Notes under the pieces: model-generated | The model's database searches: none | The model's input: only the letters and a program-made list of their open reading frames with translations | What the model was told of the DNA's origin: nothing | Shown: positions 26,758-35,137 of the stretch, piece by piece | How positions within the stretch are numbered: position 1 is the first letter of the stretch | Layout of the letters: every line of letters begins with the position of its first letter | From: an uncultured Nitrospiraceae bacterium | GTDB taxonomy: Bacteria; Nitrospirota; Nitrospiria; Nitrospirales; UBA2166 | Length of the DNA stretch: 64,000 bases | Reading direction: 5' to 3' | Assembly: GCA_964463965.1 (NCBI GenBank) | Contig: CAYXED010000009.1 | Location: 479-64,478, forward strand | Program-made: the position numbers and the translations under genes

Positions 26758-27345
26758 TTATGCCTTTCGATAATAATGGTGGAGGTGTTTGCGTATTGCA
26801 AGGCGGGCACGATGTAGTCGAGATTTGACCCCTGGAACTTGTAATCCAAGGATCGTAGCGGTCTCGTCTGCTGTGAAACCTTCGACATCTCGAAGGACGA
26901 GCACGATGCGATGGTCTTCTGGTAATTGTGCTATGGCCTGATCAAGTTCTTTGCGAAGTTCAGTATTCAGGAGATTCTGGACTGGAGTGTTTCGCCAATC
27001 CGCAAGCTCCAACGTTTCTCGCTCATCCTCCGTGGGGGCTAATGTGTCGAGTGGGAGTAATTGATCGGGAGTCACTTTGTGTTTTCGCTGACGATCAATA
27101 CAGTTCCGTTTTGCAATTTGGTATATCCAGACGGAAAACTTGGATTCTCTTCTGAATCCCTGGAGGCCTCGGAATGCTTGAAGAAGAGTGTCTTGCATTA
27201 AATCTTTTGCGTCTTCAGGCATTTTGCACATTCGCATTCCAAGGTTGTATATTTTTGGAGCGTATTTTTGTGCAAGTCCATCAAATGCATCCAGGTTTCC
27301 GTGCTGAAACTGTACAATCGCTTCGGTATCTTCACAGGTGATCAT
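26758..27345 (-). CDS. ECF sigma-70 family RNA polymerase sigma factor
   Basis: DAKDLMQD, FRRESKFSVWIYQIA, and region 4 LPEDHRIVLVLRDVEG...VKSRLHRAR. Confidence 0.95.
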   Translation of the reverse strand: MITCEDTEAIVQFQHGNLDAFDGLAQKYAPKIYNLGMRMCKMPEDAKDLMQDTLLQAFRGLQGFRRESKFSVWIYQIAKRNCIDRQRKHKVTPDQLLPLDTLAPTEDERETLELADWRNTPVQNLLNTELRKELDQAIAQLPEDHRIVLVLRDVEGFTADETATILGLQVPGVKSRLHRARLAIRKHLHHYYRKA

Positions 27346-27406
27346 GATCCTATGCTAAGGGTACAAAACCGATGGTATAAAATCAATTGTACAAAAACTG
27401 TTAGTA

Positions 27407-27439
27407 GCCCCACATGCAGCGTCAGGCTGCATGTGGGGC
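27407..27439 (-). terminator. 14-bp perfect hairpin, probable terminator after the response regulator
   Basis: gccccacatgcagc-gtcag-gctgcatgtggggc. The U-tract on the minus strand is offset by several bases. Confidence 0.55.
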
Positions 27440-27453
27440 GTGGGAGTACTAAT

Positions 27454-27891
27454 TTATGCGACGTATTGTAAATTCTCGTAGCTTTTTGCCGATCGGTGTT
27501 GCATGGCATTAACCGTCGCGATGAGTTTTTCTTTCTCGATTGGTTTTACCAAATATTCCATGACTCCTTGTTTCAAAAACGATGTCGCAAGGTTCATATC
27601 AGGGTAGCCCGTTAGTACAATGATTGGTACAGATGGAAATTGTTCTCTGAAGAAAGTCACTGCCTCAATGCCATTGACCTGAGGCATCCGTACATCACAG
27701 ATGATGACATCGGTGAGCAGAGGATTGTCTCCAGTGCGAATCGCTTCGATCGCCTCTGCTCCATCTGTCGCTTCGACGATATCGTAGCCATCTTTTGTGA
27801 GTGCCAAATGCACGATTCGTCGTACCTCAGCATCATCGTCGATGAGCAACACTCTTCCTTTTGCGTCCTTTACGTGCATTCCTAATGCCAT
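27454..27891 (-). CDS. Single-domain response regulator (receiver)
   Basis: LLIDDD, CDVRMP, LTG and YLVKP. Confidence 0.95.
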   Translation of the reverse strand: MALGMHVKDAKGRVLLIDDDAEVRRIVHLALTKDGYDIVEATDGAEAIEAIRTGDNPLLTDVIICDVRMPQVNGIEAVTFFREQFPSVPIIVLTGYPDMNLATSFLKQGVMEYLVKPIEKEKLIATVNAMQHRSAKSYENLQYVA

Positions 27892-28098
27892 CGCTGCCTC
27901 CTTTCTCCTAGCCAGACTAGGATTATGATGTGCTCTCTGACTACTCTCTTCGTCTGGGAGAGCATGTCATGTCATCTGCCTAGTAAGACGAGAAAAATTG
28001 GAAAAAGATTCACCCCATGGCGGGAGTCAATGAAAATGTATATAAATAAATTTATGTGGTGCTGTTAGGCACTTGTAGGGGGTAGACCTCGTAGAACA

Positions 28099-29853
28099 AT
28101 GTTAATGCGTGTAGGCAAATTTTGTTGTGTGCTGGGAGTTGGTTTAATTGTGTGGGGTAGGATTGGTATGGGTGGCGCGGTCGAGCAGGTGGCACCCATC
28201 AACCCAGGGTTACCAGACCTGACAGTTCTGGTGGATAAACTGACACAAAAGTCTGGGATTTCTGGTGATACAGTGAGACTGACGCTGCAGCTTCGTAGCC
28301 AAGGGGCATTGCTGAGGCCTTCAGCCAAATTTGTGATTGCGTATTGGCGGTCTGTTGATATGAGTGTTGGGGCGGGGGATCAGTTGCTACAGCGAGAGAC
28401 GGTGAGGGCAGATGTGTTTGCGGAGAGTACGAGTATCAAACTCAAACGAAAATTACGGGATGTGCCTCCGATGGGCGGACAATTTTTAATCATTCGTGTG
28501 GATGCGGAAAACGAAGTAGCAGAGGGTGAGAATGAAGTTAACAATCAGGTGGTACGGTTTGTACCCAATCGAGGCTGTCGAAAAGAGGTGTGGCGAAGTG
28601 AGAGAGAACCTAGCTCTGTAGAGAATCCGCAGCATGTTGGTGCGTTTAAGACAGATACCTGTATCATGATTGCGGGAACGCTGGAGACCAACGAGGACAT
28701 TGATGGTTTTGTCATGAAGGTACGAGAGACGATGCCATTGTTGGTCACGGTCACCCAAGCTCCAAGTCCATCCGTTATCGATTTTGATCTGGCAATCACT
28801 GATCTCAATACAAATAAGATTTTGGCAATCTGTGATCGTCCCTTTTCTCCATCCGTGTGCCCTGTGACGGTGAATGCAGACATGGTCGTTCTGATAACAG
28901 TTCTGCCTACACGCGGCCAGGGGGGGTATGCCTTGGATGTGACACCTGTTATTGGAGAGATTGTGTTGGATTTGGATATTGATACCACGAGTACTCCATC
29001 AGCTGAACCGGCACCAAGTCCAAGTGATGCGGCATCCAGTGTGAGATTAACCGTTAGGAGGACCGGTGGCGGTACGGTAACATCTGCTGTCCCGGGGATT
29101 AATTGCGGGACGGATTGTACTGAGTTTTATAGTACTCTCATTGCGGTACCTGTGATTTCGCTTACGGCTACTCCAGACGATGGCTCGATATTTCTTGGAT
29201 GGTCTGTGAGTGGGTGTGTGACCCGCACGTGTGTTTTTATGTTGAGGGGTGATGCAACGGTCACGGCAAGGTTTGTACCGGCGCCTGTCATCATTCCCAG
29301 TGGGCCTACTGCGTTGTTGACTATTATGCCGAGTGGGACTGGTAAGGGAGTAGTAAAGTCGCTTGAGTCGCAGCATGGGATTGATTGTGGAACCGATTGC
29401 AGCGAGTTCTATAGCATTTTTCTGCAGTCACCTGTGGTGATACTTGATGCGAGTCCTTTGCCTGGTTCAGTTTTTCGTGGATGGTCTGGGGATGATTGCG
29501 AAAATGAAACAACCTTTAGGTGTAGTGTTTTGATGAACATGGATAAAACGGTGACGGCGAGATTTGAAATGGCTCCTTCTGAAGTTCCTGATGGGCCTAC
29601 AGCATTGTTGACAGTAGCCACAAGTGGTGATGGGGAGGGGGTGGTGACGACCTCCTCGCCTGGGATTGATTGTGGGATCGATTGTACTCAAGTGTATTTG
29701 CTTGGGGAGACGTTAACGCTGACGGCGAGGTCATTTGTGGGCGCGAGATTTGGGGGTTGGGTAGGAGACGGCTGTGAGAACGTGGCTGTACCCGAGTGTC
29801 GTGTCTTGATGACTACTGATAAAACGATAACGGCTTTATTTAAGGGCTTATGA
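28099..29853 (+). CDS. Secreted surface protein: CARDB-like + PPC-like + three InlB B-repeat-like domains
   Basis: PDL...VDAENEVAEGENEVNN, GTLETNEDIDGF, and three GI.CG.DC...LTA...GW repeats. Confidence 0.75.
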   Translation: MLMRVGKFCCVLGVGLIVWGRIGMGGAVEQVAPINPGLPDLTVLVDKLTQKSGISGDTVRLTLQLRSQGALLRPSAKFVIAYWRSVDMSVGAGDQLLQRETVRADVFAESTSIKLKRKLRDVPPMGGQFLIIRVDAENEVAEGENEVNNQVVRFVPNRGCRKEVWRSEREPSSVENPQHVGAFKTDTCIMIAGTLETNEDIDGFVMKVRETMPLLVTVTQAPSPSVIDFDLAITDLNTNKILAICDRPFSPSVCPVTVNADMVVLITVLPTRGQGGYALDVTPVIGEIVLDLDIDTTSTPSAEPAPSPSDAASSVRLTVRRTGGGTVTSAVPGINCGTDCTEFYSTLIAVPVISLTATPDDGSIFLGWSVSGCVTRTCVFMLRGDATVTARFVPAPVIIPSGPTALLTIMPSGTGKGVVKSLESQHGIDCGTDCSEFYSIFLQSPVVILDASPLPGSVFRGWSGDDCENETTFRCSVLMNMDKTVTARFEMAPSEVPDGPTALLTVATSGDGEGVVTTSSPGIDCGIDCTQVYLLGETLTLTARSFVGARFGGWVGDGCENVAVPECRVLMTTDKTITALFKGL

Positions 29854-29882
29854 TTTTGCTTAAGAGTTTGAAAAGCAAGATT

Positions 29883-31256
29883 TTATACGTGACCATAGGC
29901 GAGCATTGCGTCGGCTACTTTCACAAAGCCAGCAATATTAGCGCCCTTAAGGTAATCGACGTAACTTCCGGGGGTGCTTCCATGCATGACACAAGAGTTG
30001 TGAATGTTGCTCATCATATCTTCCAGTAGTTCACGTAGATTGTCTTCGTCCCAGGAAAGCCGTGCACTGTTTTGACTCATTTCTAATCCTGAAACGCCAA
30101 CCCCACCAGCGTTGGCGGCCTTTGCAGGTCCAAAAAGAATTTTGCAGTCTTGGAAGATGTGTAAAGCTTCGCGTGTAGATGGCATGTTGGCGCCTTCGAC
30201 AACAACCTTAACCCCATTTTTGAGCATGGTTTTTGCGTCTTCACCATTTATCTCATTTTCTGTTGCACAGGGGATAGCGCAATCTGCCTGCACTTCCCAC
30301 GGTCGGCGATCTTCATAAAAGGTGATGTTTTGAAACGTATCGGCGGCTTCAGAAATACGACCTCGCTGGACATCTTTGAGGTTCTTAATCCAGTTGATCT
30401 GCTCTTGGGTTAACCCGCCAGAGGCATAAATAAACCCATTTGAATCTGAGAGTGTCAGCGGCATGCCTCCGAGTTGCAAAGCTTTTTCTGCCGCGTAAAT
30501 GGCGACGTTACCTGAACCAGAAACCAGAATGCGTTTCCCCTCTAAGCTATCGCCAGCATGTTCGAGCATGTTGCGCAGAAAGAAAATGGTTCCATAGCCC
30601 GTTGCTTCGGTGCGCATCTTTGAACCCCCAAATTCAATACCTTTACCTGTGAGCACACCGACAAAGCGGTTCGTGATACGTTTATATTGCCCAAACATAA
30701 ACCCAATTTCTCGACTACCGACACCAATATCACCGGCTGGCACATCAGTGTGTTCGCCAATATGACGGGAGAGTTCGGTGACGAACGACTGGCAGAAGCG
30801 CATGACTTCGTTTTCAGATTTTCCTTTTGGATTAAAATTGGCACCGCCTTTTGCTCCGCCCATTGGGAGACCGGTCAAGCTGTTTTTGAAAGTCTGTTCG
30901 TAGCCAAGGAACTTGAGAATGCTTAGGTTTACAGTGGGGTGAAAGCGAAGGCCTCCCTTATAGGGGCCAATGGCGCTATTGAACTGAACACGATAACCTC
31001 GATTAATGCGTACGTTACCCTGATCGTCTGTCCAGGGTACCCGAAAGATGATGACTCGTTCAGGTTCAGCCATACGTTCAAGAATCTGGTTTTCATGATA
31101 GATGGGTTTATTGGCAATGTATGGGAAAATTGTACTAGCTGTTTCGTATACAGCCTGATGAAACTCTAGTTCTCCGGGGTTGCGTTTCTCCACGCCTCTC
31201 ATGTAGCGAGAGAGGTATTCTTGGGTTTTTGTATCCCCTACATGACTTTTCGACAC
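29883..31256 (-). CDS. gdhA: NADP-specific glutamate dehydrogenase
   Basis: GPYKGGLRFH, FKNSLTGLPMGGAKGG, DVPAGDIGVG, EATGYG, SGSGNVA and KAANAGGV. Confidence 0.97.
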   Translation of the reverse strand: MSKSHVGDTKTQEYLSRYMRGVEKRNPGELEFHQAVYETASTIFPYIANKPIYHENQILERMAEPERVIIFRVPWTDDQGNVRINRGYRVQFNSAIGPYKGGLRFHPTVNLSILKFLGYEQTFKNSLTGLPMGGAKGGANFNPKGKSENEVMRFCQSFVTELSRHIGEHTDVPAGDIGVGSREIGFMFGQYKRITNRFVGVLTGKGIEFGGSKMRTEATGYGTIFFLRNMLEHAGDSLEGKRILVSGSGNVAIYAAEKALQLGGMPLTLSDSNGFIYASGGLTQEQINWIKNLKDVQRGRISEAADTFQNITFYEDRRPWEVQADCAIPCATENEINGEDAKTMLKNGVKVVVEGANMPSTREALHIFQDCKILFGPAKAANAGGVGVSGLEMSQNSARLSWDEDNLRELLEDMMSNIHNSCVMHGSTPGSYVDYLKGANIAGFVKVADAMLAYGHV

Positions 31257-31394
31257 TGATGTTCTCCTAATTTGGTGATGCGACGTTGCCTACCGGATAT
31301 ACCACAAATTTACTAGAGGTTGTAAGGAAAAATAACAGGTACTTGTGGAGCATAAGAATTTATTTTCCTTTTGTTACTTGATGTGCAAAGTCTC

Positions 31395-31421
31395 GTGGTA
31401 GTGGTAGTGGTAGTGGTAGTG
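31395..31421. repeat. Intergenic hexamer microsatellite (GTGGTA)x4.5
   Basis: gtggtagtggtagtggtagtggtagtg in the divergent gdhA/tlpA intergenic region. Confidence 0.9.
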
Positions 31422-31466
31422 TTTGTATAGCACACAACGGGTAGATCGATGCCACCACACTAATAT

Positions 31467-31485
31467 GCAATAATCTGTTTATTGC
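31467..31485. promoter_or_regulatory. 19-bp palindrome, candidate transcription-factor operator
   Basis: GCAATAA-tctgt-TTATTGC upstream of the redox/metal operon. Confidence 0.4.
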
Positions 31486-31611
31486 CAATGCGAATAGACA
31501 ATTTTTATAGTAGGATATCTCCCCGGTCTACAGATATGTGAGCTAAAGTACGATTTTTTTTTGACGTACATGAAAGAATCCTGACAGCTGTTCTTTGTTT
31601 AGGTAGAAACG

Positions 31612-32142
31612 GTGTTTGACTTTAGGCGAAAATACTTACTTAGCAGGGCTGTGGGGCTGTGTGTTTTTGGTGCCTTATTCACTCCCGTTTTAGCATTTTC
31701 TGCATCAGTTGGTGAATCAGCACCAAATTTCTCCCTTCCTTCAACATCTGGAGAGATAACGGATCTTGTGGCGTTCCGTAACAGAGTTGTATTTTTGAAC
31801 TTTTGGGCAAGCTGGTGTGAGCCTTGTAAGAAAGAACTGCCCGAATTGGAGATGCTGCACCGTAAATACAGTAGACATGGTTTTGATGTGGTTGGGATTA
31901 ACATAGATAAGAAAGAAGAGAACGCGAGAGAATACATTGAACGTTTCGCACTCAGTTTTCCGATGATGCTTGATCCTGACGGAAGAGTTATTCGGCAATA
32001 TCGTGGAGCAGCGATGCCTGTTTCGTATTTGATTGATCGTCAGGGTGTAGTGCGTAATGTTTTTTTTGGATATTCTGAATCTCGTTTGCCAAAAATGGAA
32101 GCCGCTATTATGAGTTTGATGAATAGACCAAAGTTTCAGTGA
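31612..32142 (+). CDS. TlpA-family thioredoxin-like disulfide reductase
   Basis: NFWASWCEPC, cis-Pro AMP and YLIDRQG. Confidence 0.93.
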   Translation: MFDFRRKYLLSRAVGLCVFGALFTPVLAFSASVGESAPNFSLPSTSGEITDLVAFRNRVVFLNFWASWCEPCKKELPELEMLHRKYSRHGFDVVGINIDKKEENAREYIERFALSFPMMLDPDGRVIRQYRGAAMPVSYLIDRQGVVRNVFFGYSESRLPKMEAAIMSLMNRPKFQ

Positions 32143-32153
32143 GTGTTTGAGGT

Positions 32154-32396
32154 GTGATAAGTAACCGAGTGGGTCAAACAGTTAAATTCACTGTGTTCTT
32201 GGCGATAGTGGGATTGTTCGTAGTCATCATGGGATGTGCGAATGTGCAGCCGTATGAACGCGAATATTTAGCCGATCCTATCATGGGAGAAGATGATCTC
32301 AGTGAAACGGCCTATGAACAGCATCTTCACCGGGCGCTTATGCAGGGTTTGGCTGGGCAACCGGTGTCTGGTGCAGGATGTGGGTGTGAGCAATAA
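32154..32396 (+). CDS. DUF4266-family lipoprotein
   Basis: Lipobox IMGC, VQPYEREYLADPIM and C-terminal GCGC; adjacent to TlpA. Confidence 0.85.
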   Translation: MISNRVGQTVKFTVFLAIVGLFVVIMGCANVQPYEREYLADPIMGEDDLSETAYEQHLHRALMQGLAGQPVSGAGCGCEQ

Positions 32397-32735
32397 TTGA
32401 TGAGCTGTTATAGCCTCAAATGTAGGGCACTACATAGAAAGACTGGGCAAGTCTTAATCGGGGCGTTGCTTGTAGTAGTCGTTTTTTTTGGCGCAGCTAT
32501 TGGGGCGGTTGGATTAGGGGGACATTTGCATGAGGCTACTACGGATCATACTGCAATGCACACAAGTTTCGTGTGTGTGTGGATGTGTGCAGCTTCTTCG
32601 GTTGTAGTGGCTGCCGTCCTTGAGAGTTCGATTTACTTCATTCCCCTCTTTGGTTTGATTGCATTTTTTGCTCCGAAACTGGTTTCTCTCCTTACTTATA
32701 ATCTTCGATCTCGAGCACCTCCTTTACCCTTCTAA
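32397..32735 (+). CDS. DUF2946-like leader protein with C-terminal RAPP
   Basis: TM segment, His cluster, CVWMC, and the ending RSRAPPLPF. Confidence 0.6.
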   Translation: MMSCYSLKCRALHRKTGQVLIGALLVVVVFFGAAIGAVGLGGHLHEATTDHTAMHTSFVCVWMCAASSVVVAAVLESSIYFIPLFGLIAFFAPKLVSLLTYNLRSRAPPLPF

Positions 32736-32891
32736 TCAATACCCATAAGTGCGTCTTTTCGTCCGCTAGCAATTTTGGTGTGGCGTAAATGTCATTTTAA
32801 GATGGCATTCACGTAATCTTGTCCGTATGTGTTCCGGATGAAATTACTTTGGATTACTCGCATGCTAATGAAAATTGAAGTAGGTGTTTTT

Positions 32892-33092
32892 ATGGAAATG
32901 TTCCAGAAATTATTGCTCAGAGTAGATGAGACAGCGGTATTGTTAAATATTAGTCAGTGGATAGTGTGTCGGTGGGTCGAAGAAGGGCGACTGACTGCTA
33001 CAAAGATTGGAAAAAGAAGTTTTCGCATTCTCGCACGATTGGGATATGCGTTGCTACACGATAATAGTAGTAAGGGAGAGAGGAGTTATCAT
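32892..33092 (+). pseudogene. Degenerate HTH_17 (excisionase-like) DNA-binding ORF, in frame with the downstream gene
   Basis: LLRVDETAVLLNISQWIVCRWVEEGRL.ATKIGK matches 45972-46208. There is no stop before ATG 33093. Confidence 0.6.
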
Positions 33093-34928
33093 ATGCGTCT
33101 AGTTGCTGCTTTTCTGATGACGGTTTTTATTTCCTGGGGAAGTGTTGGGCAGGTACAGGCTCAATTCATCCCTATACCGGCTGAACCAACTGCTGTGCCA
33201 GCCGCTCCAGTTGTGGTTGGAACCCCAGATTTAACAGGGTCTGTTTTAAAGGTAAAGGTCAAAGAGAAACAGGACGGATTTAAATTGATAGTGAAGGTGG
33301 AGGTCTGCAATGTTGGATCTGCCGCCGCAGTTGGGCCTTTCAGAGTGGCATTAATGTTGTCTGAAAATGCTGTCCTTGATGGTAATGATTCATTTCCTGC
33401 CGCCTTTCCGATTGATGAACTGGCTCCAGGGGCATGCCACAAACCTGTAAAAGGTGCAGGGAAGTTCAAGGTGGGAGGACTCGAGGCAATTCATGGCCAC
33501 ACTGCATTTATTAGGATCGATGATGGTGGGGTTGTTACGGAGAGTAATGAAACTAATAATGGTATTTCAACTCTTATTCCTGAGGCGTCTGCCACAGGGG
33601 GGCCAGTAGGGGGTCCAGTAGGGAGTAGGGTTTTGGTAAACGATTCGAACCTGAATCTCTACGCATTTGAAGGAAAACCTCCATTTGACCAATTGGCCAG
33701 ATTTAATTTTCAGCCAGCGAGTCCTGAGTTAGTGCCGACAATGGGAGAAGTCCATTATTCTCCTGATTTTTCAAAGGCGATTGTAATTATTCGCGAGGGA
33801 TTTATTGGGCCTACACAGGGGCTTGTGTCGAGTGGGATCGTCATTGTCGATATGCAGTCATTGCTAATTGAGGAAACAGTAGTGTTGGAAAGTTTGAAGA
33901 CTGGTAATCCTTCACGGCTTGTGCATGCGTATGACGATCCTGACGGAAAACATCTTTGGCTGAATAATGACGGCCCAAGGGGTGAAGGACCAGAAGTTGA
34001 AGCTGCTGATTCAGTGTTCAGGGTCAATGTTGATCCGAGTGATTCAAACTATCTGCAATGGACGGAGATTATCACTGGTGGAGGACATCACAAATCCGCG
34101 CATAGCTTCCCGACTCAGGAGGCACCGAACGCCAGGTTCTTATTTGCGACAAGCAACATCTCTGATCGTACAATTACCCTAGTTGACAATAATCCAGCTT
34201 CCCCAACTTTTTTGCAGGTTATTAAGACTGTCCCAGCAATTAATCCTCCGGGTAATACAGAGATGGTGGGAGTCGATTTGGTGCCTCATGGCATGGACTA
34301 CTCAGAAGTTAGTGGACATCTCTACAGTGGCGCTACATCTCCGAGGACCTGTGCCGTTACTGTGATTGATACGACTCAGGAAAGTCTTCCCGTAACTTGT
34401 ATTCCAGCGGGGACCGGACCAGGGCAGATCCCTGCAGCTGGTTATATTCATATTGCTCATCATGGAGAGACTGTGTATACGGTTGGCTCGAAGGCTGCCG
34501 ATGAAGAGGCAGGGACTCCAGGCCAAGGATGGCTGTCTGCTATTGATGCACGAAATAATAATAAGGTGATTGCAGTGGTTGATCTCGGCGATGTTGGTGT
34601 TGGAAGTATCGATGAGAATGGTAGGAAAACATATCTTCCCAGCAATAATCGTCGCGGGAGAACAAATGTTGCAGTTGTTGTTGACATCGATCCCACCTCT
34701 CCCACCTACCATCAATGGCTACGTGATGTGACAATTGGGGAGTCTGGCTCGCATCGTAATGGTGAGGTGTCTCCTGCTGGGGATTACGCATTCTATCCCA
34801 ATACGTGTGATGACTGTCATACGGTTTCCGTTATTGATACCAACCTTGATGAAGAAGTTGCTCGGTTGCAGGTAGATGGACATGCTTCGAATGTTGGAAT
34901 CCAAGGCTTACATACCCCCAATAAGTAA
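33093..34928 (+). CDS. Secreted CARDB-like + His-containing YncE-like beta-propeller protein
   Basis: AGGAG RBS and signal peptide ending in VQA; PDLTG...IDDGGVVTESNETNN; blades with VHAY, GHHKSAH, PHGMDY and HIAHH. Confidence 0.7.
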   Translation: MRLVAAFLMTVFISWGSVGQVQAQFIPIPAEPTAVPAAPVVVGTPDLTGSVLKVKVKEKQDGFKLIVKVEVCNVGSAAAVGPFRVALMLSENAVLDGNDSFPAAFPIDELAPGACHKPVKGAGKFKVGGLEAIHGHTAFIRIDDGGVVTESNETNNGISTLIPEASATGGPVGGPVGSRVLVNDSNLNLYAFEGKPPFDQLARFNFQPASPELVPTMGEVHYSPDFSKAIVIIREGFIGPTQGLVSSGIVIVDMQSLLIEETVVLESLKTGNPSRLVHAYDDPDGKHLWLNNDGPRGEGPEVEAADSVFRVNVDPSDSNYLQWTEIITGGGHHKSAHSFPTQEAPNARFLFATSNISDRTITLVDNNPASPTFLQVIKTVPAINPPGNTEMVGVDLVPHGMDYSEVSGHLYSGATSPRTCAVTVIDTTQESLPVTCIPAGTGPGQIPAAGYIHIAHHGETVYTVGSKAADEEAGTPGQGWLSAIDARNNNKVIAVVDLGDVGVGSIDENGRKTYLPSNNRRGRTNVAVVVDIDPTSPTYHQWLRDVTIGESGSHRNGEVSPAGDYAFYPNTCDDCHTVSVIDTNLDEEVARLQVDGHASNVGIQGLHTPNK

Positions 34929-35137
34929 GGGGCGAGTATGAGTCTATTTATAGCTGATAAGGGCATACTGTAGATTCGACAGAATTGGGAAGTATTTTTC
35001 TAGTTTTGTCTGGCTATCGCGATTGCTGTTGTTCCTCGCTACCTTGATCCTTGGCTCCATTTTCTGGAGTCAGGGGGGGAGGGGGTAGATATATTTCTTT
35101 AATACCACGAGAAGATCGAAGTCATAGTTATGGAACG

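Noticed and set aside
26470-27891. ECF/anti-sigma pair and response regulator as dedicated regulators of the protease locus
   Set aside because: Adjacency is the only evidence; no shared promoter motif was identified.
32829-34928. A genuine 699-aa HTH-CARDB-propeller fusion protein
   Set aside because: The internal RBS and signal peptide at 33093 and the degenerate HTH favour two units. A fusion is not fully excluded.
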